Positions 27,097 through 42,026 are shown, counted from the first letter of the stretch. The stretch: DNA of 64,000 nt from Octopus vulgaris (GCA_951406725.2 OX597827.1:29326001-29390000); one strand, 5' to 3'. Translations and numbers: made by a program. Notes: generated by a model not told the origin, from the sequence alone.

Positions 27097-27941
27097 GAAA
27101 TGAGGTACTCAGAAAATCGGATGGTTTATATTTACAGATATTTATTTGTATATTACATTTTTTATACATCATATAACTTAGATCATGTATTAGTGCTTTC
27201 TCCCATTCTAGTGGGGTTTTTAAATCAAACTAAGTTCCTGTGTGAAAAGTTTTGACCATTTTATAGTGGTGGGGAGGAATATAAGACAGTACAAGAGGGT
27301 GATGGATGAGGAGAAAGTGAGAGAGAAAGCATGTGTGTGTGTGTGCGTGCGTGTGTTTGTGTGTTTTTGTATTTGGAATGAGTGCTAAAGAAAAAGAGGG
27401 GAAGGGAGAGGGAAGAAGAAGAAAAGAATTTTGTTTGCTCTGCTTACTCCAAGGGGGGTCTAAGATCATGGGGAAATAGAATTTTAGTTTTGACCATTTC
27501 ATAGTGTTATTGAGTGTGTGGTGGCGGGGAGGTAGACCATCAATTATATTTCTTTTTATCATTGTGAGAGACTCTGTGTGTGTGTGTATTTAATGAGAGA
27601 TGGTCAAATGGTTTTCTGGGTTTAGAGAAGAAGAATTCTTTTTATGATTGTTTTGTGGAAGTGTGTGTGTCTGTGTGTCTGTGTATGTGGCTGTCTGTGT
27701 GTTTGGAGAAGGGGAGAGAGGAGAAAAGGAAAAAAAAGAAGAAAAAAGGAGAAATAATTGTGTTGATATTTATACCATTATATATATATATATACACATA
27801 TATACATAAAATGTTTAAAAAAAACACCTTTTATCAATTCAAAATGAATAAATTACACCATCTAGAAAATTACATATAGAAATGTTAAAATTAAAATGAC
27901 AATTAAAACGTAAAGATTAAGTAAATTACAAAAATAACATA

Positions 27942-27996
<55 letters not shown>

Positions 27997-28069
27997 CTAA
28001 ATGCTCCACTATATTAAATTGTAAATTGAAAGATTTGCCCTTCAATGTATGATGAGTAAAATTTCATAA

Positions 28070-28318
28070 AGTCCATACTTGAAAAAGAGACTCTCTTGTG
28101 TTGAAGTTACAAATGACAGAATACAAACTGACAACTACTGAGTCTGTTGTCTGATCTTCAATTGATTTAGTCTAATATTTCACTGATTAAATAGATATTA
28201 GCTTTTATCATACAGGAGCAACTGGTTCCACAAATTAAAGTGAAATGGTTTCATTCAAATATTAGAATATCCTTTGTTCAATGTTGTATTTTTAAAAACC
28301 AAAAAGATGTGTAGAACT

Positions 28319-28382
<64 letters not shown>

Positions 28383-28641
28383 AATACAGTCCATACTTGA
28401 AAAAGAGACTTTCTTGTGTTGAATTTACAAATGATAGAATACAAATTGACAACTACTGAGTCTGTTGTCTGATCTTCAATTGATTTAGTCTAATATCTCA
28501 CTGATTGACAGTTAAATAAATATTAGGTTTTATCATACAGGAGCAACTGGTTCCACAAATTAAAGTGAAATGGTTTCATTCAAATATTAGGATAGCCTTT
28601 GTTCAATGTTGTATTTTTAAAATCCAAAACATATGTGTAGA

Positions 28642-28704
<63 letters not shown>

Positions 28705-28711
28705 AATACAG
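28070..28711. repeat. Tandem duplication of a ~320 bp unit including (GT)n
   Basis: AGTCCATACTTGAAAAAGAGACT...TTTAATAC occurs at 28070-28387 and 28388-28709 with scattered differences. Confidence 0.9.
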
Positions 28712-28748
28712 TTTACTTCATCTGGTACAGCTTATTATAGAGATATTT

Positions 28749-29700
28749 TCAACCATATAATTTGGGGGAGAACTTAGCGATGAAATATTTTTCCATATTC
28801 CTCCTGAAAGAGGTGTCGTTCTTCGGACATTTGTAGAAGGGAAAGATCTTAAAATTTCCTTCTCCACATGTAGCTAGGTGTGTACTCAGTGGTATCTTGC
28901 GTAATTCTTCCTGCCGAACATGTTGTCGGTGAATCCTGGCTCGCTGGCACAAAGAATTTCCAGTTTCACCTATGTAATCCTCCTTGCACGTGGGACAGGT
29001 TATGCAGATCCCACATCTACCATCTCCGCACTCTTTTGCGAAGAATTCAGTTTTAGTTTCTGAAGAGAATTTCGTTCTTGTTAGATGTTTCTTTAGGTTT
29101 TTGTCTTGTTGTCTACTGTTTTTTATGCAATATTTGTTTAGTATGTTTTCCATTTTGGGGCTTTGTAAGGCTATTGGCAGGTTTGAATGTATGATTTGGA
29201 ACATGTTGGTAACTCCAGGGTTGTGCGTGTTTATGAAAGGGATAATGTTTTCTTTGTTTTTTGTTTTGGGTGTCCTGAGTTGTGCGATGTCTAGTTTCAT
29301 TGCTCTTGTGATTCCATTTTCTATTAGTTTAAGGTGGTATTTTTGCTCTAGTAGGAAGTTTTTAAGTTCATCTAGTCTTATTAGTCGTGTTTGTGAGTCA
29401 GTTGCTATGCTACATATTCGTCTTGCCATACTATATGGGATGTTTCTTTTTGTGTGGGATGGGTGGCAGGAGTGGAAATTTAAATATTGGTGTGTGTCAG
29501 TTTTTTTGTAGTGGATGTCTGTTGTGATGATGGAGTTGTGTATTTTGATGTTGATGCCTAGGAAGGGAAGTTCGTTGTGGCTGGTATCTATTGTGAAGTT
29601 GATAGATGGGTGCAGCGTTTTGAGGATGTTGTGGAATGTTCGTAGGTCTTCTTCTGATCTCTTCCAAAAGATGAAGCAGTCATCGAGGTAGTGTTTCCAT
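28749..29700 (-). mobile_element. Penelope-like element: RT C-terminus, linker and internally deleted GIY-YIG
   Basis: [54 protein letters not shown] and FKIFPFY in one open frame; 5'-truncated at (TA)n. The first ~87 aa of the 403-aa ORF are microsatellite read-through. Confidence 0.92.
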
Positions 29701-29753
29701 GTATGTATATATATATATACATACATGTATGTATATATAAATATATACATACA

Positions 29754-29816
<63 letters not shown>

Positions 29817-29898
29817 TATTTTCCCCTTGTTAATAATTAACACGGAAAAAATATATAGTTTCCAGGGTAGTAAAAAATCACACAAGTAAAAAGGTTGG

Positions 29899-29935
<37 letters not shown>

Positions 29936-29974
29936 TATAAATATATGCATGCACAATCACATTTATGCGCTTTT

Positions 29975-30172
29975 ATTCTCCTATTGGTTTCAGTAATTTG
30001 ACTGCGGCCATGCGGGAGTACCGCCTTTAGTCGAACAAATCGACCCCAGGACTTCTTCTTTGTAAGCCTAGAACTTATTCTATCGGTATTTTTGCCGAAC
30101 CGCTAGATTACGGGGACTTAAACACGCCAGCATCTGTTGTCAAGCGATGGTGGGAGGACAAACACAGACACG

Positions 30173-30221
<49 letters not shown>

Positions 30222-30305
30222 GACTGGCCTCTTTCAGTTTCCGTCTACCAAACCCACTCACAAGGCTTTGGTCGGACCGAGGCTATAGCGTAAGATACTT
30301 GCCCA
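29975..30305 (-). mobile_element. SINE family B, 3' part
   Basis: Reverse-complement match to 3570-3870. Confidence 0.8.
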
Positions 30306-30415
30306 ATTTTAGACGCCACTCGTATTTACTATCACATACATACATACACACACATACACGCGCGCACTCACACATACACACAGATAGATAGAAAGATAGA
30401 AAGATAGATAGGTAT

Positions 30416-30584
<169 letters not shown>

Positions 30585-30593
30585 TAGACAGAC

Positions 30594-30699
<106 letters not shown>

Positions 30700-31354
30700 G
30701 CAGAAATTTGTGTATATATTTTGACTGAAATACACAAATGATTTTTTTGTTTTTTTTTCTGTTTGAATTTTTACAGATTGAGTTTAACTTTGTGGTAGAA
30801 TAAATGCTTCAAAACTTCTTGATCACTAACGACTCTCACGAAGATGGTCAACACCGATTTTCGGACATTGAGTATTTCGAAGCTACGAATGGATTTATTT
30901 GAATCCGATAGATGTTCCTTCGACTGTTATCTGCATCTTATTCCATGAAATATTTATTTCTCTTTCTCTTCCATCTAAGTCCAAAGAATCTGATCTAAGT
31001 ACCTCCTGGGCTCTGACAGTATGTGTCTCTGTATATTTTTCGAGTACATAGTCAAGACGCAGCAACCTTTATTAATCGATTGCAGCTAGGCCCGTGGGGA
31101 TATTTTTTAAAGCGAGCTTCATACGCCTGCGCTTCAACTTACATCAGTTAACGCTGTTTCCTGATGCAAAGGCTGCTAGCAATAGTCAGAGTATATTCTA
31201 TTAGCAGTTATAAAACTTGAAAGGCTCACATTGACGCAACTTATAATTAGATTGGGTATAACCAAGTTGACATTATGAAAGCTTCGAAATTCGGTGAACA
31301 GAAGAGGGTTAAATTATGCACGCGTTACATGATTCATACATACATACATACATA

Positions 31355-31409
<55 letters not shown>

Positions 31410-31453
31410 GTATTTATGCATGTGCGTGTGTGTGTATAAGTATGTATATATGT

Positions 31454-31499
<46 letters not shown>

Positions 31500-31520
31500 T
31501 AAGATATACATATATATATA

Positions 31521-31554
<34 letters not shown>

Positions 31555-31648
31555 TTTGATTTAGGAATGTATATAAACGTATATATATATATATATATAT
31601 ATAACGTATTTATGTGTGTTTTTTCGATATATGTCACTGGCGTTATAA

Positions 31649-31698
<50 letters not shown>

Positions 31699-31895
31699 AT
31701 ACATATATGTGATATATCCAATATGGATATATGTCTATATATATACATATATATAGATATACATATATCCGTTCATGTATATATATATGTTATATATATA
31801 TATATATATATACATACAGGAATATATATATATATATATATCGTGTATGACGGAGGATACGACTGTTGTATTTAGGAATGGTATATATTTAAACG

Positions 31896-31926
<31 letters not shown>

Positions 31927-32176
31927 CCGTTCTTACGTTTAGTGTGTGTTTTCACTTTTCAATCGGATATATGATCCACTGGCGTTATATATGTCACACG
32001 CTGACGAGATCAAACTGAACTGAGTCCGTGTGTATGACTTTGTGACAGGACCGAAAGTGTGTATGGAGGAGTGTGTCTCCTGGGCTAAAACACAGTATAT
32101 ATATGAGATGGCAAATATGTATATATGTATGTATATATGTATGTATATATACATAAATATATATGTATATGTATAT

Positions 32177-32217
<41 letters not shown>

Positions 32218-32229
32218 TATAAATTTATG

Positions 32230-32272
<43 letters not shown>

Positions 32273-32599
32273 CGTGTGTGTCAGTCACATACAAAGTTTA
32301 CGAGGTATCCAGAAGTTGTGTAATGGAAAGGAATTATATTTGTATGTCAGCTAGGTTTACACATTAGGCGGACCCTGTTCCTTTGATAAACAGTTAAGGC
32401 TCAATTGATATTTCTTTTTCGTACCACTAATTCAAAAGTTATGTGTAGTTATCACACTTTTACAGCTTGTTTGGCTTTAAACTATGAATTTCTATGGTTA
32501 AAAACGAACTTGTGTGTAGTCTGTTATTATCTTGTAAAGCGTTGTAACGATCTAAAGAAAATGATGAAAATGACAGCAAGAAAGCTAAAAAGGCCTTTC

Positions 32600-32803
32600 T
32601 GCTTCTTCTTCTTCTTCATCATCTTCTTCTTCTTCTTCTTCTTCTTCTTCTTCTTCTTCTTCTTCTTCATCTTCTTCTTCTTCTTCTTCTTTTTCTTCTT
32701 CTTCTTCTTCTTCTTCTTCTTCTTCTTCTTCTTCTTCTTCTTCTTCTTCTTCTTCTTCTTCTTCTTCTTCTTCTTCTTCTTCTTCTTCTTCTTCTTCTTC
32801 TTC
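32600..32803. repeat. (TTC)n microsatellite
   Basis: Directly visible; another at 56553-56665. Confidence 0.95.
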
Positions 32804-33349
32804 TATCTTTCTTTTTTTTCTTTTTTCTTTACATTCGAAGAAACAGTTGAAGAAATCATGGCCAAAGAAAATGAATACCCCACCAAAAACCAAAGTGTAT
32901 AAAAAATAGTGTAATGATGGGAACAAGAAGATGAAAGCAAAGCGGAGAGAAGATGCAGAGAGTGTTGCGGAGGAGGTGATGGGGTACTCAAGTTTCGTAG
33001 TTTACAACCATAGTGTTGTTTGTTTATTTGTTTTTTCGTTTGTTTATTTATTTATTTTCTCTGAGTGAAAACTCTAAAGTGAATATAGCGATTTTACAAA
33101 AGATGAAGATGAAGAAATGAGAACGACAGGGAAAGAAAAGGAGAGGGAGAGAGAGAGTGAAGGGAAGAAGAACCTAAAAGGGTGTGTGGGGAGGGTGAGT
33201 TGTGTGAGGTATTATTAAATTGGCTGAGGAAAAATCGGTTGAGTGCTGAAGGGGATGTGTCGTCGAAGATCGAGTAATTTTTGTTTACTAGAAATATTTT
33301 AGGGAAACCATTGAAGTGACTGGCTGAGCGAAAGTGAAAGTGAATGAAT

Positions 33350-34152
33350 GTGAAAGAAAAGAAAAGAAAGAAAGAAAGAAAGAAAGAAAGAGAGAAAGGA
33401 AAGAATAAGGTGAAGAAGAAGAAGAAGAAAATGAGATGAGGAAGAGATAAAGAAGGGGAGGTAGGCAAAAAGGAGAAGGAGGAGAGACATAGGGAGAAAA
33501 GAAGAAGAAGAAGAAGAAGAAGACGAAGAGGAGGAAGAAGGAGAAGAAGAAGAAGAAGAAGAAGAAGAAGAAGGAGGAGGAGGAGGAGGAGGAGGAGGAG
33601 GAGGAGGGAAAAAAGTAGGAAGAAGAAGAAGGGGTAGAAGAAGAAGGAGGAGGGAAAAAATAAGGAAGAAGGAGGAGGAGGAGGAGGAGGAGGGAAAAAG
33701 AAGGAAGAAGAAGAAGGAGGAGGAGGAGGACGGAAAAAGAAGGAAGAAGAAGAAGGGGTAGAAGAAGAAGGAGGAGGGAAAAAGAAGGAAGAAGAAGAAG
33801 GAGGAGGAGGAGGAGGAGGAGGGAAAAAGAAGGAAGAAGAAGAAGAAGAAGAAGAAGAAGGAGGAGGAGGGAAAAAAGAAGGAAGAAGAAGAAGAAGAAG
33901 GAGGAGGAGGAGGAGGGGAAAAGAAGGAAGAAGAAGAAGAAGAAGAAGAAGAAGGAGGAGGGGGAGGAGGAAAAAAGAAGGAAGAAGAAGGGGTAGAAGA
34001 AGAAGGAGGAGGGAAAAAGAAGGAAGAAGAAGAAGAAGAAGAAGAAGAAGAAGAAGAAGAAGAAGAAGAAGAAGAAGAAGAAGGAAGGGAAGAAGTAGAA
34101 GAAGAAGGAGTAGAAAAAGAAGAAGAAGAAGGAGAAGGAAAAAAGAAGAAAA

Positions 34153-34185
<33 letters not shown>

Positions 34186-34218
34186 GAGGAGGATGGGGAG
34201 GAGAAGAAGAAGAAGAGG
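33350..34218. repeat. Polypurine (GAA/GGA)n tract with a higher-order unit
   Basis: About 870 bp nearly free of pyrimidines, with a recurring GGAGGGAAAAAGAAGGAAGAAGAA unit. Confidence 0.9.
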
Positions 34219-34559
34219 TCGAGGATAAATCCTTGTGAGTGGACTTGGTATATTGAAACTGAAATAAGTTCGTCGCGTGTGTCTGTGTGTCTGTGTATCT
34301 GTCTGTATTTCTGTCTGTCTCTGTGTCTGTATGTCTTCCAAATTCAATCGCGAGACGTTGATTGGTCCTGAATCATAGTAAAAGACACACGCCCAAGGTG
34401 CCGCGTAGTGGCACTGTGCCCAAAGCAAGTTTCTCGATCACGTAGTGGTGAAGAAGAATATATGAAGAACACACACACACACATATTTATGTGTCCGTGT
34501 GAGTGTGTGTGTATGTGTGTGAGTATGCATGTGTGTGTATATGTGTGTGTGTATGCGTG

Positions 34560-34603
<44 letters not shown>

Positions 34604-36067
34604 AAGTGTGGCGGAATCGTTAGCACGCCGAACAAAATACTATGCAGCATTTCGTTCATCTTCGCGTTCTGGGTTCAAATTCCACCGAGGTCGACTTTGC
34701 CTTTGAGCCTTTCGGGGTCGATAAATTAAGTACCAGTTGAACACTTGCGTGGGGTGGGGGCTCAACGTAAATTTCATGCTTTATGCCTATAGTCAAAGAG
34801 CTTATTATCATTGTTGATGTAGCTGTTGTTAGCGCAGCAGTTTTACTTCGACTGTATGACAGCAGCAGCGAAAGAACACACACCAACGAAAGAACACACA
34901 CCAACTATACTTTTGTTGATTCAAGCAACTCTACAACCACCATCATTATTCGTGATTTCGTGCCAAATCATTATCATAGCTGTTATTATTGCGGTGGTAG
35001 TTGTTTTCGTTACAGTAAAAATGGCGGTATGTTTTGGGGAGGGGGATGGCGATGTTATTGTTGTTTTTTATTCTCTTCATTTCCTACGTCGTGTAGCTCT
35101 TTGCCAACAAATGTCTTCGTAACTGTTTCTCTTCACTCCCTCGTATAACTGGGTGTGGTTCGTAAATATGTTTTCTTTGTTTAACAAAATTCTTCACCAA
35201 GATATTTCGCTCTTACTTTTGTACGTGAGATCTTAACAAGAACGAACATCCGTTATTTATTGCAAGCCTTTGTAAATGAAACTGGATGCAGGAAATAGAA
35301 ATGATACCGGAATATGGATCTCTCTGTGTGTTTTAGTTTCTCTTTTGGTATATCTCTGCGCTGAAATCTGGACTTATGCGTGCATATGTTTATAGTCCTG
35401 TTTATATACTCAACACGTGTATGCATTTGTGTGTATGTGTATGTATGTATGTATGTATGTGTGTCTGTGTGTGTGCGTGTATGTGTGTGAGAGTGAGTGT
35501 CTGTGGATGAGTGTGTCTGTCTGTATGTATACGTGTGTGTGAGAGTGAGTGTATGTGAGTGTGTGTGTGTGCGTAGGTGTGTGAGAGAGTGAGTGTGTGT
35601 ATATGTGTGTGTATGTGAGTCTGTGTATGCGTGTGTGAGTGTGAGTGTGTATGTGCATGTGTGTGTGTGTTTGTGTTTGCGTGTGTGAGAGGTGTGTGCG
35701 CGCGCGTGCGTGTGTGTGGGAGAGAGAGAGTGAGTGTGTGTGAATGTATGTGTGTCTATGTGTTTGTATGTTTGCGTATGTGTGTGTGCCTTTGTCTGTG
35801 ATTGTAGGTTTGTTATTTTATTTAAGTTTCAAGATCTTTCCTTCACTTTTTGACCTCTGTTCAAGAAATAAAGAAAAGCCCTCAGCTGAAAGAAAAGAAA
35901 CTGAAAAAATTACACGTGGTGGTCATAGCAGGAATACTAATTATTCTTAGTATAGTTTGATCAGATGGCAACTTGATCTAAAGGCGAACATGAAAAACCA
36001 TAAATTCATGAATATATTCTTATGCTAACGAGTTGATGCTTTTACAGGCATCAGATCAAGGTGGGAA

Positions 36068-36149
<82 letters not shown>

Positions 36150-36184
36150 ATATATGAATATATATATATATATGTATATATGTT

Positions 36185-36235
<51 letters not shown>

Positions 36236-36256
36236 GCATATATATATATGTATATA

Positions 36257-36351
<95 letters not shown>

Positions 36352-36482
36352 CTACATATATACATACATATATATATTATATATGTATGTTCTACGTTAT
36401 ATATTCTAATAATTGCTGGTATTTTTATATATGTAAAGCATAATCTGTTATACATGTATGTATATTGTTATAATTGTTTTTC

Positions 36483-36513
<31 letters not shown>

Positions 36514-36837
36514 GACATAATATAATGTCAAAAAGTTGATGAATTCCACCTCTTGAATACCACCATTTTTTTATTGCTCTATAAATCAAGGGTAAAACAA
36601 CATTTTACCCTCTCCCATTTATTACATTTATTAAATGCCACGCAATAAAAAGCACTTGTGTATTAATAATTGTGTATTATACCAGTAGTATATTGGATAG
36701 ATATTATCCCTTAGTTGGTTGGATTCACAACCTCTCTCTTGGAATTATATATATTTTTGTATATATATACGTTTAAATATTTGTTGTGCAATATTGGCTA
36801 AACTGGCAATATGACCATTCCGAAATATAACAATATG

Positions 36838-36918
<81 letters not shown>

Positions 36919-37574
36919 CGTATTTGTATCGTGTGTTGTAAGAAATGCTATTGAACCTTGGGAGGGGCATTATGCTGGTAATAATAAACACACGCACTGG
37001 TTTGATCCTTTATTGTTATTGTCCAGTATTGGTAATGTTGCTATTTCGGGGTTTTTTTTCTTTCAGCTGAGGGTTGTATTTCTTGGAACTTAGATGCGAC
37101 AACAAACCTACAATTACAGGCAAAGGTACACACACACACACATACATATACTAGTATATCTGTGAGTAAACATATGTGTATAGAGATACAGGTAGATAGC
37201 CAGACAGTCAGACAGGCTGAGAGACAGACAGGCAGGTAGCCAAGCAGATAGATAGATAACTTTCTTTATTGGCCACACAAGGCTGGACACAGAGGGGACA
37301 ATTACAAATGTAGAGCTTTTCTTTTCGGAGATGGAAAAAGAAAAAGAAGATAAAAAGGAAACAAATGTAAAATTTCGATCAAAAGGGATCGGAAGAAAAA
37401 AAACGATCAAAAGGGATTGTGTATCACAGAAAGAATTTTTTTTTTGTTTCAAAGTAACAAACAAGATTAGGTTCATCCGTGGAAAGAAAAGCCTACAGAA
37501 AAGACCACGGTAACCTCAGGCAGGGAGGAAATAAATACATGAGAGCAAAGTGCTCTCTCTCTCTCTTTTACGAT

Positions 37575-40500
37575 TTACAGGATCATGCTCAAAGTGGATT
37601 CGTCACTCGCACGCACCATCTTTGCTACATTCACCCACCATTTTTTGAAACTTTCACGAGACAAAACCTGCCTTTCCATTCTCACCTTCCTTTTCAAGTG
37701 GTACTTGAAAAAGTTGATGAGCGATTGGCCAGAGAGGTTTGTCTCTAATCCTTTCGCTCGAGTCCACCACACACATTCTTTCACTAATGCCACCAGTACG
37801 ATGAAAACTGCCTTGCCTTCCCGGTTGACGGAAGGGGGCGATGCAATTTTTACTATAGACTCGGCCGACAGGCGGACTCGTCCCACACGTGACAGCAGCC
37901 GTTCGGCATAAGCCCACAGGTCCGAAATGATGGACACTGCACGAGTGCGTGCAGAACAGTTTCGTCGCTCTGATCGCATCTCGGGCAAGTCGGTCCAGTG
38001 TGTCTCGAACCGAGCCTGTAGAGCTTATCCCGAACAGGTAATGCTTCTCGATAGCACTGCCGGGCCAGAGATCTTTGGTGATTGTCCATAGGTCCCGGCC
38101 CGAAAGTTGTCCTGAACAGACAGGTCAGGTGTCTCTCGTCAACGCCCAGATTCTGCCCAAGAACGTCGTCGCACCTCCCCTCCACTAATCCTTTATAGAA
38201 CGCCTTTGTTGTAATGAAGTCGCACAAATTTGGTCCCGGATGGCAGATTTGCTTGAGAGCAACACGACACTCGCGGTGCCATTCGCCTAGCCTCGGTCTC
38301 TGTATGATCCACGATTGTAGTTCGGCCAAGGAGACGAGCTTCGGGAAAGCGCGCCGCACAAAAGGCGACCACACCTGTTCACCATCGTCTATGAAGCGCC
38401 GGAGATGACGCATTCTCAGCGCATGTCTGCACATCATCAAACACGGCATGCCTAGCCCTCCATTTAGCGGATGTTGACAGCAAATGGATCGCCTAACCAT
38501 CGGAACGCTTCCCTTCCACAGGAAGCGGAAGAGTATGCGTTCCAGTTTGGTGATGGTAGGGTCGGGAGAAGGCACGACGGTCAGGCGGTACTCGATGACG
38601 GATGCGATGTACGCGTTCGCCACCTCCGCCCGACCTTGTAGGTATAGCTTCCTCTCAGCCCATTGCTGGGTGAGAGTGGCCACCCTAGTCGTTATTTCGC
38701 CCCAGTTCTCCATTTGGAGGTCCGGACCGAACCAGACTCCGAGAAATTTAACTGGTCCGTCGGTCCAGTGTCCCACGATGGAGACGCTGTTGGACGGCAT
38801 GGGCTTGCTTCTCCAGGTGCCGAGCCGCAAGCCCACTGACTTTTCCCGGTTAATTTTTGCTTCCGTTACCGCTTCGTATTCATTTAGTGTCTCGCCGACA
38901 AGGTCGATGTGCTTGTGGCTCGACACTATGATGGTGACGTCGTCCGCGTATGTAGACACGCTCCTCCCACATCCCAGCTCTCGTGGGATGCCCCTCAGCA
39001 TCGCTAGTTTCCGCAGTAGTGGCTCAGAAGCGAGGAGAAGGGGCATCCTTGACGAACCGAACGCATGATGTTAAAAGGTCTGGAAAGATGACCATTTACG
39101 CGAACTACCGAGCGGATGCCGCTGTATAAAGCAGCGACCCAACCGCGGAAGATGGGACCGAAATCAGCCGCTTTAAGGACAGCCTCCAAATAGTGATGGT
39201 CAACCCTATCGAAGGCTTTTGATTGATCCAAATTGATCAACGCCCCACCTATGCCAGGATCCTTAACTACCCTGTCTATGATGTAGCGCATCAGATGGAG
39301 GTTGTCATGGTCCTACCTAGCACGGCGCACGTTTGCGCTTTGTCGACTAGTTTCTCGATGACAAGCGCCAAACTCTCGGCTAACACCTTGGCCAAAATTT
39401 TCAAATCTGCATTGAAGTTATCTATGACGTCCCCCTTCTTTGGATCTTTCTTCAGCAGTGCCACTGCTCCTTGCTTTACAAAGGCGGGGATACTCCCGTT
39501 TTGCTGCCAGTTGCAGTAGACAGCTGCCAAGACGCCTCCAAACTAGTCTGGCATATGACAATAAAGTTCGTAGGGCAGACCATCCAAGCCTGGTGACTTG
39601 TCTCTCGCGCAGCCTGCCATCGCATCCCGTACGTCCGCGGCTGTGATGGGTTTTTCACAACACTCCGCCTCTCTTGCTGAGAGTCGTGACAGGGCATGCA
39701 GGTAGGCACTAAAGTCCACTCTGCGTTCTGACCCACCACTTCGGTAAAGTGTTGTTGAAAAGCCTCACACATCCTTTCAGGCTCGAGTAATTCGCGCCCC
39801 TGTTCAACTGTAAGTGACCTGATGGTGGCTCTGTTGCCTCGTTGCGTCTCCACCACTCGAGCCCCTCGGGCGGCTTCAACTCCTTCGTTCCTCGGAGCAC
39901 GCCTCTTAGCTCTGACATCGCATCCTTCGTGTTTGGCGTTGAGGTGTTGGTCGAGGGCCAACCTCGCTGCCAGTACGTTGGATGCAATGCCAGTTTTAAG
40001 AGCCTCTTCTAAATTCTTAACTAAGTCTCCCTCTATTCTATTTCGGTCTAATGCTAGGGCCTTACTGTACCTAACCGATTCTGCTTTAATTGCTTTCTTT
40101 AGAGCATACCACCATCTGTTGTTGATTATGGCACCCATCAAAGCTATCTTTACTAATGTACTAATCCGGTCCCTGTAAGCCTGGCGTGCCGCGAAAGACG
40201 CGTTCAGCTTCCAGTAACCAGGACCCTGCCTATGTGTCTTATCTAAGTCAAGTGTACAAGTCACAAATTTGTGGTCTGTGTAGCTGACTATATGGAATTG
40301 TGGACAACCTACACTATCTTTATCTACTGTCCTACAGAATACTCAATCTAAGTACGATTTGGACGACCCGATGTGGTTGCTCCATGTCCACATTGGCACA
40401 TTCGGGTGGTCCAGTCGGTACCTGTCAGAAAGTTGGAAACGTCTGAGCAGGTCTTTGAGGTATTTGCACCCCCTCCTATTATTATCTCTGCCCACGTAGT

Positions 40501-40951
40501 CTAGATGCGTACACAGGGTGGCGTTCCAGTCCCCCACTAAAACTAAAGGTCGAGACGTTCCAAGGAAAACCTCTAGTCGTCGAAAGAAATCTAGCCGGCC
40601 TGTTAAGGACGGTGCATAAACTGTTATCGGTCGAAAAGCACACTCATTGCTGCCATCGACATCCAAGACAACCAGCCTACCCTCCGGGTCTAGGAAAATT
40701 GCTCTTACTTTGAAGTCCAGACTCTTCCGGAGAAGCACCGCGGTCCCACCTCCGCCCATTCTCGGTAGACAGGGAGAAAAATAAATGTCGAAATGTGTGC
40801 CGAACATGTGCTGGAGTGCCCGCGGGCTGTGGAGTCTGGTCTCACTGATGGCTATGATATGCAGATTTTGTGCCTTGATGTTGTTTAACAGATAGTCTTA
40901 TTTCCAAGGCGACCCCAAGCCACGTACATTTATACTGCCTATTTTGAGCAT
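37575..40951 (-). pseudogene. Tx1-type ORF2 (AP endonuclease, RT, C-terminal zinc finger), disrupted
   Basis: Starts MLKIGSINVRGL; contains LVGDWNA, GPGYWKLN, LDQSKAFDRV, SVRQGCP, TYADDVT and CPRC...ETVLHALVQC; multiple frameshifts. Confidence 0.9.
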
Positions 40952-41015
40952 GTTCCTATCGAAAGTTGTGTTTTACACACGAAAGAAGATGAAAATGAAA
41001 GAGAGAGAGAGTCAC

Positions 41016-42010
41016 TTACTGTCCGAAAGTTCTTTGTTCTTCACCTCACAGTCTTCTCCCAGAAGGTTTTTGTACAGTTTTTTTGACAAATATTTTTGAA
41101 ATCTCCCAACTGCATCAGGGTAGAGAGATTTTAGGATGCTGTGTGTGTTCTGTGTCATGTGTATGATTTTAATGTGTTGTAGCGGTGTTGTGCGTGGGTG
41201 ATTATTTGTTTTGGTGTCATTTTCGGTTATGTCTGAATTCCATTAGGTCGGGGTTGTTGGTGTTTATGGTTGTCAACATTCTTGGGAGCTTTGGTGATAG
41301 TGTGTTTGTGTTTTCTGCGGATGTTTTTGTTTCGGGAGTGGTAAACCTCCCTGCTTTGCTTGTCTGCTTCTCTATTCTTTTTTTACCCCTTCCCCCCCCC
41401 CCCACCGCCTGTAGCTATTTGCCAATCCTCTGTATCGTCTTCATCTGATGACATGTCAGAGGAATCAGAAGGTGGGAGGGGAAGTGTATTGGGGTCTATT
41501 TCTGACTCTGTTGTTGGTGTTGGTGCTGGTTGGTGACAGTTGGGGTGTGGTGTATGGGGTCTGGGAGATGTGGTATAGGTCTTTTTTGTTTTCTCTTCTT
41601 CCTTTGAAGTTGTTGTTGTTGGTGGTGGTGATGATGGTGCTGTTTCTGTTCTTGGTGACGATGGTGGTGGTGTTCTTTTGTTGGGCTGACTTGTTGGTTG
41701 GTGATCTTTCATTTGGTCATATAGTTTCTTGATTAGTTGTGCATATAGCGGTGTGGGTAGTAGTGCTGGTTTTTGTATGGTTTTTGGTTTTCTTGCGGTT
41801 GTTGTTGTTTTTCATTGTCTTGTTGTTGTTTCTGTGCTAGTAGGCACTTATTTTGTAAATGTGCGTTGCTACCACAAACGTAGCAACGAGGCTTTCTGCC
41901 TTCGACGGCCACATGTAAACTCGAACCGTTCCTCGATTGAATTCTATGTGGAATTTTCTCCTGGATCATTGGATTTATCTGAGCAAGGATTTGGATTTCT
42001 CGGCCGATCT
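41016..42010 (-). pseudogene. Tx1-type ORF1 remnant (gag-like CCHC knuckle)
   Basis: GRKPRCYVCGSNAHLQNKC followed by a P/T/S-rich low-complexity region; broken into several frames. Confidence 0.75.
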
Positions 42011-42026
42011 AGTAGTGGTGGTCAAC

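Larger units (their letters stand above)
37260..42010 (-). mobile_element. Tx1/L1-clade LINE, near full length, frameshifted
   Basis: ORF1 remnant with a zinc knuckle, ORF2 with APE and RT, and a 3' UTR ending GTGTGGCCAATAAAGAAAG. Both flanks are GATA-type repeats. Confidence 0.92.

Noticed and set aside
30830-30960. Possible mariner N-terminal remnant (-)
   Set aside because: Similarity too faint to support by eye.
33094-34428. 444-aa ORF (poly-L/P/S/F)
   Set aside because: Stop-free translation of the polypurine repeat; no domain signal.
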